A stretch of DNA of 64,000 nt from Macrostomum lignano (Eukaryota). Positions 49,001 to 60,471 of this stretch are shown in pieces (within the stretch, counting starts at the first letter, position 1; each line of letters opens with the position of its first letter). The notes beneath the pieces were generated by a model. It searched no databases, had not been told where the DNA came from, and saw only the letters and a program-made list of their open reading frames with translations. The stretch is from assembly GCA_002269645.1 (NCBI GenBank), contig NIVC01000621.1:372001-436000 (forward strand), written 5' to 3'. The translations under genes and the position numbers were made by a program.

Positions 49001-52000
49001 TGAGCACGAAAATGTTTCCAGTTTGTTCATCAAAGTGTCCGAGTTTCCACTTGAAAACTGTCATCCCACAAGAGCTACTTTGAGTCGATTGGCTTGGCCT
49101 CATGCTGTTCGGATCAAGGACTGGGAGCTCATCGAGCAACTGGCTCGGGAGCTGCCTGACCCAGAGAGCGATACAATATGCATTAAGCTCCTCCCAGCCG
49201 AAGTGAAGAATTGCCAAACAAAGACGTCGCTCATACTGATAAGGCTCATTAGGGACTCACTGCAGAAAAGCAAATGCTGCTCAAAAGCTGCGTGCCTCTT
49301 TGGAAAGTGTGGTCCGCTAGACCTGCTATTGAGTCTGCTAGATTTAGTCAATGAGCGACATGCTAGGATTCTGAAACAGTGCCATCACAAGGCATTTGTT
49401 GGAGCTCTCAAAGGTAGAAACAAAGAAATCGTGTGCTACATTGTGAAGTCTAAATTCAAGCCGGACTTCACTGACCCTGACATCCTGCATTATTTGGCGA
49501 ACGAGGCTCTTCACGGCGACTTTGAGCTCATCGAATTCATATTTGGTGAGTTGAGCTGTGTTGAAGAATTGCAAGAGCCCCAAGGAATATCTGATGTTGA
49601 TCTCAGAAAAGAATGTGCAGAGATAATCGCTGCCGTGCTTTACAAAAGCATGTCAGAAGGATTTGTGTCCCTTGCTAGTGCGGTAATCAAATACGCAAAC
49701 ATAAGCTACCTGTACAAAGGCGGACTTACCTGTCTGATGGTGGCAGCGCTGGCCGGACATCACGAGCTGGTGAAACAAATTCTCGGCTCACCGGACACCG
49801 ACATCGATGCGGTGGATGAAACTGGCCAATCAGCTCTGGCCAAGGCGTGCGTCAGAGGCCACCTGAGAGTCGCGATGACTTTGTTGGATTCAGGGGCAAA
49901 TTTGAAGCTTACAGATCATAGAGGACGCGACTGCCTCCATCTGGCACGGCTTTACAGGCATAGAGACCTCCTGAGACTGCTTCAATACCGACTTAAGTTT
50001 AAAAGCACATCAGAACAGCCGTAAGTATTTTGACCTAACGCTTTCTTAGTGCCATCAGCAGTAGGAATATCAATCCATTTTTAATGAGGCTCTCTTTTCA
50101 ATGAGGCGTCAATTTTTGTTGCTAGGCCTGGATATAGCGGAGAAAGGCAAAACAATTGAAAGTTTTTATTTTTTGCACTTTACAGCCAGTTTCAAGTTGA
50201 AAGCATTCAAGACCATCGAGGGATCCAATTAGGGTTCCTTTCCAAAAAAGGTTGTCTATTAAACTTTTTTCTGTCTTTAATCCACAGCCACGTCTTTTCT
50301 TTCATAGTACCAAAGTATCAAAGCAATATAGTCGTGATGAACTCTACAGAATTACGTTTCAAACTTTGTTCCGTTTCTTTACAGTTTGTGAGTGAGGTTT
50401 ATCATTATCTTTACCTTGTCTTAGTCATGTTGAAGTGTTCTTCGGTGTCTTTCCTTATGCTACGATTACTGTTGATGTTTCACGATTACGCTCATGGGAT
50501 TAGTTTACGCTGAGCTCATTGATGAGTCCGTTCTCTGAGCATGCCTGTATTGAATACCTCTCGCGCAGTTCTTCCTTCAACTGTTGCCCCTCTACAGCGA
50601 AATCATCCAGAGTCCCGGAAACCATATGCGCGGTGAAAGTCTGAGCAGAATTCTCAGCAGCGCAGGCTTCACTCGCGAGCGGGCCGAGCAGCAGCAGAGA
50701 ATGGCTGACTTTTTGGAGACGCTGGCTCGCATCATCACCAAAGACGGTAGGTGCATGACTGGCAGCTACGCAGACGGATGGGGCAACAGTCTGAAGCAGG
50801 TGAACGGACTGACCGCTGCCGACTCCGACATTGACTGGACAGTAATCGTTGGCTCACAAGACAAAGATGAAGACAAAATTAGGAAGCTGGTGTTTCATCT
50901 TGAGAGCTGTTGCAGATGTGGTGACGTTCAAGACCGCCCACGCATCATTGATGGTCACGCACAGATGCAGTCCCCTGGAGGTGAGTAGCTAATAAACTAA
51001 TAATATAAGAAACTGGGTTCGCAAACCGCTCCGGAATTCCTGTTCCAGGAAGCCAGCCGGCGGTGGCAGCGGACGCTTGCGGAGTTCGACCTGCCGAAGA
51101 CACATGCCATGCGTACCAGTGCTGCGGCAGTCTCACTCACCCGAACAGAGTTGAGAAACTGCTTCCAGCAGGTGCCTTAGCGATGAAGGTGCACCTGGTG
51201 ACTGCTACCAGACCTAACTCAGACAACGAGATGAGAGTGAGTTTCAGCTTTCATGAGAAGAAGATCATGAGAGACCTGAGCGAGACCCAGGGTCAGCTAT
51301 TCGTGCTCATCAAGTTCATCTTTAAGAGGCTTTTACCAAGATATTATAATCTGTCCGGGCTTAAGACTTACCATGCTAGAACTTTGATGTTCTTCATTCT
51401 GCATACTTTTCCTAGCGACAGTTGGAGTCGGGAGAACCTCAGAAGCCTGCTAGCAAAGGCTTTAAACACGATGCTTGAACTGATGGAAGAAAAAGGCTGT
51501 ACTGACATTTGTATGCCGCACTTCTTCATTCCTGGCGCATTTTTATGCGTCAAAAATGCTGGAATCGGCGGCCCCTTTTTGAAATCAAAAGTTGAAATCC
51601 TTGAAAAACTGATTGAGATTAAGGACAACATCGAGATTGTAGAACGGCACCTTCTCGAGACCGTGAGTCCGTTGGAATCTGACGTTTTCCACTTCCACCC
51701 GTTCGCCCTGCTGCCTCTGACAGTGCCTCCAGATGAGGAGGAAGTTCAGCAAGACAAGTTCGCTCACATCTACTGCATCGTGTTCGAAATTCTCGGTGAG
51801 CTGCGCTCTGAAATTTGGGACAAAGAAGCCTTGCTGAGTCAAGCAGAGCGATTGCCAGACTGCTGTATGATGGCCAAGCTGTGTCTCATGGCCATGGCTC
51901 ACTTGAAATCCAACGATGAGAGCACAGCCAAACAGCTTCTGCAGCGACACTCTCAGCTCAAGGTTCTCAGATCTCTGTCGCCTGAAAATGTGCGCCACCT

Positions 52001-52622
52001 TGACGAAATCACATCGGACTGGCTGTGGCGGTTCTGCTTCATTCACCACAACCTGCCGGAGATGGAGTTTCTGCCCGAGTTCTCCAGATCCCTGATCTGC
52101 GTCAAGAGACCGGAGCGAGGACCGACCCACCTGTACGTGAACTTCCGCTGCCTCTGGTGGAGTCTCGGAGCTGAGCTTCTTGCCGACTCCAGGAAGTCAC
52201 AAACTGACAGCTGGTTCCAGGAGCTTCAGGACAGTCCGGGCAGCGAGGATTTTGAGGAGCTGCGCACACTGACTGAGTTCAGCGACAGTCAGCACCACGT
52301 GAATTTCTGTCTGGAGAGAGCCAGGAAACTTAAGGACGAAAAGCGATTGCAGACAACAGACGATGTACATTTTACACAGATGATGCAGAGGCAGAGCAGC
52401 CCACACTTACGAGTCGAAACGCATCAAAAAATGTCGATTTTCGACCAGATTGTCTGGATTCTGCTGGCTGTTTCAGTCTGGTTTTATTTTTATTTTTATC
52501 TCGATACAATTCGAAAGTTCGTATCGCCCGTGGTGAATTTTCCGCACCACCCCATGGACACGCTGGTGCAGCTTTGGCATCTCGCCGATGAATTCCGTTT
52601 TCTGAGGTTTGCAAGAATTTAA
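46095..52622 (+). CDS. Ankyrin/helical-repeat + cGAS-like (Mab-21/cGLR) nucleotidyltransferase + C-terminal TM protein, 1960 aa; exons 46095-50020, 50598-50980, 51049-52622
   Basis: Donor CC|GTAAGT 50021, acceptor CTACAG| 50597, donor G|GTGAGT 50981 and acceptor TTCCAG| 51048 are phase-consistent (5883 nt). NTase motifs: TGSYADG (50758-), DSDID (50821-50835), EDTCHA (D at 51099). Mab-21 motifs: HLV..EMRVSFSFHEK, LIKFIFK, LKTYHARTLMF, W..ENL, MPHFFIPG. Canonical ANKs at ~49720-50000. Confidence 0.9.
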
Positions 52623-55600
52623 TTTACATTTGTTTTCACCTCGACAATTCTCACTCTCTGATCACTGTTTCCAACCCACCCTATAATTGCTACTGTTATT
52701 AATCGTGTGCATACACAGTTTCCTCAAATCCCAACCAGCTCAGCATGCACGTGCAACTAGATCGAGTCCCACAGCAGTCCTGTGTGGTCCGGCCACATCC
52801 CAGACTTCTCTAAATTCTCATATTTCTTCATTTTCCCTTCCGTAGTATTTTTTTATTCAAATAGATATTTGGGACTCCCATGCATATGCTTCTGCGTTTT
52901 ATGAGCTAGCTAAGGTCCTGTCTTTGTCAGGTTTTGCCTTCAGTCCTGCGCCTACGGTAGTCATTTATTAATTATAATTCAATAACAAGCCATTATGGCA
53001 GGATTATAATTGTTAAGACTCTTTTTAACCATTTATTCCTATCTAGTATACTAATCATTTTCTAAATGAGTTCAATTCATTCCCAATGGCTTTCTAAGAC
53101 AAAGCTATCTAGGTCCCCACAGTTTTTTCCCAACCTGAAAGGTACTACTCGATTCTCTCAAATGGTCCCAAGGGCAGGTCAGATACAATTACCGGCCTAA
53201 ATTTCTGAGAAGACAATCAGTAAGGTGAATGCAGATCAGCTACAAGCAGAAGAAATGAGAGCTTTAGACAACGTGAAGAAAAGGAAGAGTTTATTTAATT
53301 GAGGACTAGACTGCTAGTAATTCTGGCCAATTAATTCGGTCACTGCTGGCTCTGTCCGTCTGTTGCTATATTTATTTTCATCTCGAAATCATCTTTAAAT
53401 CGCTGTTTGTACTTCGTACAAATCGTTAAACTCTCCGGTTTCTGAAAATCGAATTATTTCATTCAGGTATTGAAATCGGCTTCGGTAATTTTTCGCTTTC
53501 ATATGCGTCTCTATTTGGTTGTGAGACTTGTTGCTTCCATTATCAGTTGTGATTTGGTATTATCAGCTGTTTTACTTCCTCTGTGTTTTTTTGTGCTAGA
53601 GTTCTTTGCCGTCACTGTCTTCAAACTTATTCTTCCTTAAAAATCAATGACAGCTTAATTAGTTGTCAAGATGAAAGCTCATCCTTGATTTTTTATTCGA
53701 CCTAGTGTCTCATAGAATCATATTTATTTATTGTCACTTTATTTTCAAATTTTGTTTTTTTGGTTGAATTCGTGCACTCATCCGTGAGTTAGGCTGGATA
53801 TTTTTCATCAGTTTTTACCTAAATTCCAAATACGCTCGTACCAACTTTGAGAGCTTTCATCTGTAGCACAGATACTGTAAAATGAAACACTGCATATAGG
53901 TTGACTAACTTACTCAAATTCGTGAGTATCTGATCGAGTATCATGAGTATCGTGAGTATCGTGAGTATCGTGAGTACTGTCTGATTTTCTTACAGCCGTT
54001 ATCTTAGCCAGCCAGGATACGAACATTTTTAATAGGGATAATGCTTCAATGTGTGTCTCAATTGTATTAGTGATGGCATGATACATTTACGTAGAAGTTA
54101 GTAATAATATTAGAAATTAAGTTTAAAGCCGGAAGCAACTATACGGTCTAACAAACAATCAGTGAACTCATATGAATAATCAACTTCTTCTGTCTTACGG
54201 ATTACTGACGACATCTTCAAAACGAACCTTTTGCTGGCCCATTAAGGTTGTAAAGTTGAAATAATCTGTGTAAGGCTGGGATCAATCCAAAATATCATCG
54301 CCACGGATATCATCTGATCACAGAATCATTCAGATAACATCAATGGCTCAATTTGGAAATTCTGAGGCTAAGTGTTTCCGATATCTGCGATTCATCTGTG
54401 TATCCTCTTTTTCTTTCGAGCTTCTGTTGCTGAAGTTGCCATTGTGATAATTATTTTCTTGTAATTATCCGTTTTATTAACATACGCTTGTACTTTTCTT
54501 GAGTTTTTGAAGCTGTGTAGTTTTGTTTTGTTTTGTTTTGTTTAATCGCGTTGTACGAGCGTTTCTGCTCTTGCTACTGTGATTTAGTTGATCTGGTGTC
54601 GCTGTAGCTATAGTTATTATAGCTATATTGTGGCGGCCAGACTGTACGCGACCGGCAGCACCAGTGCAGCCGCACTGGAAAACCCCCAACCTCTGTCTAG
54701 CTGAGGTGGGTGGTTGCGCACCGCGCTAGCCAGCTCGCTAAGCCAGGGGGTTGGCGTAGCCAATCACGCCACGCCACCTGTTTCGCACCTCCCTTGGCTT
54801 GGCCCCTCAATCTTGCGTTGTTTGTAAATATATAAATACACGCGCAAAGCAGCACAAACTCTTCGCTGCCATTCCATTTATTGAAACTAAAAGGCCTTCC
54901 GCCTCTAGATATTTAGATATTGATGGGTTTCGACCTTCGGGCTCCTTGTTAGGGAAGCCTTCGGGCCTCAGGCTCAGAAATAAATCAATTAGAGACCTGG
55001 CCCCCCACTCCTGTCAGATGGTCAGCCCCATGGTAGCTTGATCGTGTGGCGAGCAGTCTAGGTCCTATAGCTAACAGAGGGACAGCGAGAGACGAGCAGG
55101 GAGAATTTCGAAAGTAGAAATTAGCTAATCCGCAGATCAACTAACTTGCTGCCACCAGCCCGTGCGCCCTGGCTCACCACACCGGGACTCTCGAAATCGG
55201 GCTTCCGACTAGAAGGGGCTTTGCACCTACCTGCCAACTAGTGTCTTTTTGCTGTCAATCTCGAAGTCATAGCCGATGATAAGGGACTCTGCTGGGACTT
55301 GATCGCATTGGCCATGCAGGTACAGAGGGGACTTGTGCAGGGGATTCTTGCAGTGGCGAGACTATGGGGTAGCTACATGTACTATTACATTGCTAAATAC
55401 GAAGGATTGTACTTTTTGCCTTCAACGCGCCAACTAGTCTCTCGTAGCGCTGATGATAGACTAACTCGAACTTCAGAGACCTCTCAGAGATCTCAGAGAT
55501 CTCTGGCGCCGATTCTGCACTTCTGGCAGTTTGCTCACTGATTTGATAGATTGGTCGACTGAGAACTGCCTTGCCATTGGTCCACTGTGACCGGCGCCTA

Positions 55601-57242
55601 CTAGCTTAGCTACTCATCTGAGCCATCGGCGAACAAAGAAATAAAACCGATAAAAATAACTGTTAGATTTAACCTTCTCCTTAGTTCACTTCACACTTCA
55701 GATTGAATTGGAGTCTTAGACTACTAGCAGTATTATTGAATGATTTCTGCCTCAGCAACAGCACTACTGAACAAAATGAGCAAAAGTGTGCGCCTAATCC
55801 AGCTACTGCAACAGGGGGCAGATAAGGGATCACCCAATCAAGCAAGTCTAGGTAGCCTCTCACCCAACCAATCAGAAACTCAACAGCCGGAGACCAGGAA
55901 ATCCACAGTGACCGAATCGGCTCGATGCTCTGCAGCTGTAGACTCGGGATGATGCTGTCACAATCTTTGCTGTTAGCTAGCAGGTGATGCTCTTAACTTG
56001 ATGTTCGCTGCTGATGACCGGGGAACTCGTCCTTGATGATGAGGGGGGAAGTCGCAATCTGGGGATCAAGAAACGACGGTCAGTTCCGGGCCGGTGGAGT
56101 AGGAACCAGGCCAGAGTCGGAACAGGTTGAACCAGGTTGAAGTCCGAGCGGGCCAAAAACTCCGGTTTAAATAGCCGCCAACTGGACCGCAGTTTGTTAT
56201 AATGGAACACGTCGATTCTGATTGGCTGAGCCGTTTTGTTAAAATGAGCGCCGAATTTTCTGATTGGCTAAGCTTGTTGCTACCCAGAATCACGTGACCG
56301 GGAGATCCTATCAGTTCCCACAGGGTCGTAAAAATATGACAGGTGCGGCCATAAATCACTCAAAATCGCAACAAAATGCTTTATGACTTTTCGCGTAGGA
56401 TTGACAGAAATTAATGAAAAAATATACATTAGAAAGCTCTTATTAAATAGAAAGTGAAGATAATGAAGAGAAATTGCTAATCGCTAATCCCAAGGTACTT
56501 TTAGGGGTAAAACGCATAGCTGTCAAAGCTGTCACACGCTTGAGTGAACACGAACAATAGGCTCTGACCTCATAAATCTTGATGGCCTGTCAAAATGATG
56601 AGAAAAAAGCTACCGCCCGCATCCTCTCAGACCATCTGGCGCCCGCTTCAACACTGAGTGAGGCGCAGGTGGCTGTCAGACCAGCTTCGAAAGCGATGAT
56701 TTATGACCCAAAAAGCTGCGCCTATGTTATTATGACTACTAGTATGACCAGACATTATATCTAGTATAGATTTTATGAAAATTCGCAGAAAAAGAATAAA
56801 AATGCCCTTAGCCTGCTGTCAGTAGGCTAGTAAGTTTAGAGCCCATGTGCTAGCGCGGGATTTGGGAAAAAGTGCGTCCTCATCATATGCCCCCCCTATT
56901 TGTGAGTTGATCACAGATTAACTCAAAAACAAAGAAGAAAAATGAGCGCAGTTTTGTACAAAATCGCAGCTAGCGCATTGAAAAGAGTAGTAAAAAATAA
57001 AAATAGTTACTCACAAATAGGTACTAAAAATATTAGACTAATACGCATCCCAAGAATGGAAATCCCAAAAGAGAAAGAAATTGGGGGAAAGGGAAGGACT
57101 GAAGAAAGAAAGGGATCAAAAGAAAGGTGCTTCAACTAAATATTGCATTGCAAATACAGTATCAAGTGCGAGCTACACGTAAGGGGATAATAGACAGATA
57201 AATTATTGCCGCGCGAGAAGGTATAATTCAAAATGTGCGAGA

Positions 57243-58240
57243 TGGAATAAACAGCGCATGTTCGATGAGACTAAGCTTCATTGTTCGCGTTCGAGTCAGT
57301 CTCGATTCTACCTGTTAAGCCTCTTGATGACTTAATTCCTTTGCCGCGCGGCCGACGCGAGCCAGGATGGGCGAGGAGCTCGGGAAATGCGTTGCACATT
57401 CTCCCCTCCCGCCTGTGGAATCCACGTGCCTGGGGTTGCCGTGCTCATCTGGCGGCTGCTGGCGAATGGCGACCCTCAGAGGATTTAGAGACCCTCGAGT
57501 CATCTTTGCTGACTGGCTGAGACGCTGCTCGGGGGAGGGTGATCTCAACCACCTCGAGTTCGCAGGGAGATAAAAGCGACTGACCACTCAGGTCATCCAC
57601 AAATTATGATTTTCATCTTCGAATCCTGCGTCAGCGTCCGACTTGCCAGCCAGCGCTTCGCCACCGCCACTTTTGCTGATTTTGCACCGAGCCAGGCCAG
57701 CCACTGCAGACCTCCGATCTTCAACTGGTAAGTCTCATCTCAGCTCTGTGATACTCTACCGTACACGTTACTCAATCGGATAATCCCAGACCCATCCCAC
57801 AGTCTCAGCAGCCTTCAGGGTACACTCCCTCCTACTCATTTGCCCATTCAGTGCTGTGCAGATAGGTACTTTAAGATGTATTATTAGCAGAGTTTCAGAT
57901 AAGAGGCAGAATAATTTTGAGCACTAGTGTTAAATTTTAAAAGTTCTTTCAAAGATTTTTGTCTTCAAGACTCCGCTTCAATTGCATTCACTTCCTAATT
58001 TAATTCACACAACCCTATTTTGTTTTACACTCAGTATTACTACATGTCAGTAGTATCTATCGCACGGCCGCGAGTTAAGTTTTCGAGTACAATTAGAATT
58101 TCGTATTAATTCAGGTGGACCATTCGTACCTTATTTAAGACTTTATTAGTTTAATCATGCCTAGTATTCTTCTATATTAATTACCTAATTCGCTTATTAT
58201 TGATCTCTTTCTTCGCCTTGGCTCAGTGAGTTTAGTAACA
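57243..58240 (+). mobile_element. Probable solo LTR of a different family inserted in the 3' UTR of element A
   Basis: TG...CA block flanked by a 5-bp direct repeat CGAGA (57238-57242 and 58241-58245). Imperfect terminal inversion TGGAATAAAC / GTTTAGTAACA. It has a TATA-like GATAAAAG and an internal GTAAGT, and differs compositionally from the A-rich flanks. Confidence 0.5.
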
Positions 58241-58952
58241 CGAGAAGTCCTAGATTTCAGTTTCAAACTTAACTCAAACCAAGGTTCAGTTTCACATTTA
58301 ATTTCGAAAGCACTCACGACAAATTAGGCACAATAAGCAAGCAGTCACATTCGCGCACACAACATATTGTTTCCGCCACCATTTGATGAACTTTTTACGA
58401 AAAAAATGAGCAAAGAAGAAATTAGGCAAGACAAAATAAGCAATGACACAACAGAGAGAGAAATACGCGGAAATAAATAGTGGCACAATATTGAATATAA
58501 ATATAAAAAACGCATTTTCAAAGCACCGGGGGGTATTTACAGGGGAATCGGGGGGGTACAAAAGACAGTATGAGAAAGCAATAGTTCACGCAACAAGAGG
58601 ATATATTTACAAGGGGCATAGCAGCACAAAAAAAAGAAAAATAGGGAGTTCGAAATTTGCTCCGGCATGACAAAAACTTGGTTAAAAGTTGAACATGCAA
58701 ATATAGGTACTATTCGTTAACTATCACTTGAGCCGAGCGGTTTAATCGAAAGATTACGTAAAATATTCTCCCTAATTAAAAGGTTGTTCACATCAGTCCC
58801 TCCCTTAGTCTTGTCACTCTTGGTTGGCATTTTGGCTTCGCTGATGCCTCACCGCCAGGCTCAGCTCCCAAATCTTCCGGGCAGCCTCGAGGGCGGCAGA
58901 CCTCTTGAGGACCGAACGCGGGGGTCACAGCCGGGACCGGTTGGCCTGGCAA

Positions 58953-60108
58953 TCAGAAAGAGTGGTTTCCTAAGAAAAACTGGATCTGTCGATCGAGCAC
59001 CTCACGCCAGTTCGGGATCAAGCGAGGGGTGTGCTCAACCCTACAGACATTCTCGTTGGTCCCACGAGGGCTCGCGCAGGAGAGCCGGTTGGCAAACCTG
59101 ACTTGCTTCGGTCTCGCAACTCGTACCGATTCTGAGAGGATCACCTGCCGAGGGAACCCCCAACGATCCGGTGGCGCCACAGCCTCTCTAGGCCTCAAAC
59201 GCTGACCAGGGTTCACTAGGTCTGGTTGGCGATCCGGCGCCGCTTCGTCCGGCGACGGTGAGCGCTGAACTTCCACCGGCGCTGGCACTTCGGGTTCTTG
59301 ATGCGCTCCATCCAGAGCGACCGGTGCCTCGACCTGCCGGTCTCGAGGAGGTTGAAAGACCCAGCGTCTTGGAACTAAAATATGTTCCTCCTCTTCGTCC
59401 TCTGACTCCGATTGGCAAGGGTGCCCTGCCGACGCTGGTGCGGGCCTTGTAGGCGGCCGCCCTCTCTCATTTCTAATTATCCCGGGCCTCTCTTCTTCTA
59501 CCGGCCTGGGTTGAAAACCTGAAGGAGCCGGGCGCAGAGTGTCCCTATGAGTTCGGAAGGTCTCCCTTCGTCCCGGGAGTGGGCACACTGGCGAGATGTC
59601 ATAGACCACAGGGGCCGGCTTCCCGACTATCCTCCAAGGCCCGGTATGTGTCTTGTGGAATTTGGGGATCTCCCAGTCTTCGATGACGGGATTCGCGAGG
59701 AAAACGATGTCACCGACCTCGAGATCTCGACACTTGTTGGGCCGCCTGGCTTGCGACTGCACTCTGCTCTTAGCTAGGTCTTCGAGATTTCGTCTGGCTT
59801 CCTGCAGACTCGACAGGAGTTGACTAGCATAGGCGTCATGACCTGGAGCTGGAGGAGCCGGTCCGACCGCGACGTCTAACGGAAGCCGTGCTTCTTGACC
59901 GTAGACTAGGAAGAACGGCGAGTACCCGGAGGTCCTTGTTACGCTCGACCGCATTGCCATTAGGCAGGAAGGCAGTTCCTCATCCCAATCCTTGTGATCC
60001 TTTTCCAGCAAGGTCGTGAGCAAAATTTTCAGCGTTCGATGCTGGACTTCAGCCATTCCGTTGCCTTGTGGGTGATAAGGAGTCGTTCGAGTCTTCCTGA
60101 TTCCCATC
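58953..60108 (-). pseudogene. Gypsy integrase, C-terminal half (element A), 5'-truncated by insertion of element B
   Basis: GIRKTRTTPYHPQGNGMAE, WDEELP..LMAMR, TGYSPFFLVYGQEARLPLD and the GPY/F motif HTGPWRIV. The first track residues (MLSVSIQTNTHGLSEFL) are LTR-B sequence. Confidence 0.9.
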
Positions 60109-60326
60109 TGTAGGAACTCTGACAAGCCGTGTGTGTTTGTTTGGATCGATACCGACAGCAAAGTCCCAAATACGAGTAAATGCCAATGCGTGTATTTAAA
60201 TATTAGTCAATGGGGGGTTGGCGCGTGCATGGTTAGAGAGTTGAATGTACGCCGATATAGAATGACAGAGAGATAGAAAGAGGCTAGTAAATACGACACT
60301 GAGAACTGCTAAGGCGCAAGCCTACA
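60109..60326 (-). mobile_element. 3' LTR (218 bp) of Gypsy element B with adjacent PPT (60327-60340)
   Basis: Perfect 6-bp inverted termini TGTAGG...CCTACA. The minus strand reads TAGGGGGGAAGAAT|TGTAGG. Confidence 0.88.
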
Positions 60327-60471
60327 ATTCTTCCCCCCTAAGGAAAAAGTGATGAGGAATAAAAAAAACAGCTGACGGAAATAAAAAATATTGTTATTGT
60401 CAGTAAATCAGTTGACGGGAAAAAAATAATATTGTTGTTGTCAGTTCAGTTAGTGATTCAAACAGCGTTTG

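Larger units (their letters stand above)
54921..60108 (-). mobile_element. Gypsy LTR retrotransposon A (3' portion): 3' LTR 56885-54921, PPT ~56890-56899, long 3' UTR, integrase C-terminal half
   Basis: The minus strand reads AGGGGGGGCATA|TGATGAGG (PPT then LTR start). The LTR ends in CATCA with an ATAT outer flank. It carries two CCAAT boxes (~56218, ~56260) and TATTTAAA (~56165) on the minus strand. Confidence 0.8.

Noticed and set aside
51190-51210. KVHLVTA as a D->H loss of the third cGLR catalytic residue
   Set aside because: HLV just before the RxSFS motif is the usual conserved Mab-21 strand. The third acid is more plausibly the D of EDTCHA (51099).
58791-58808. Purine tract plus TGTGAAC (minus strand) as the PPT/LTR start of element A
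   Set aside because: No matching LTR end or TSD was found. The PPT at ~56890 abuts a bona fide LTR with two solo relatives, and base composition is continuous across the UTR. It is not fully excluded.
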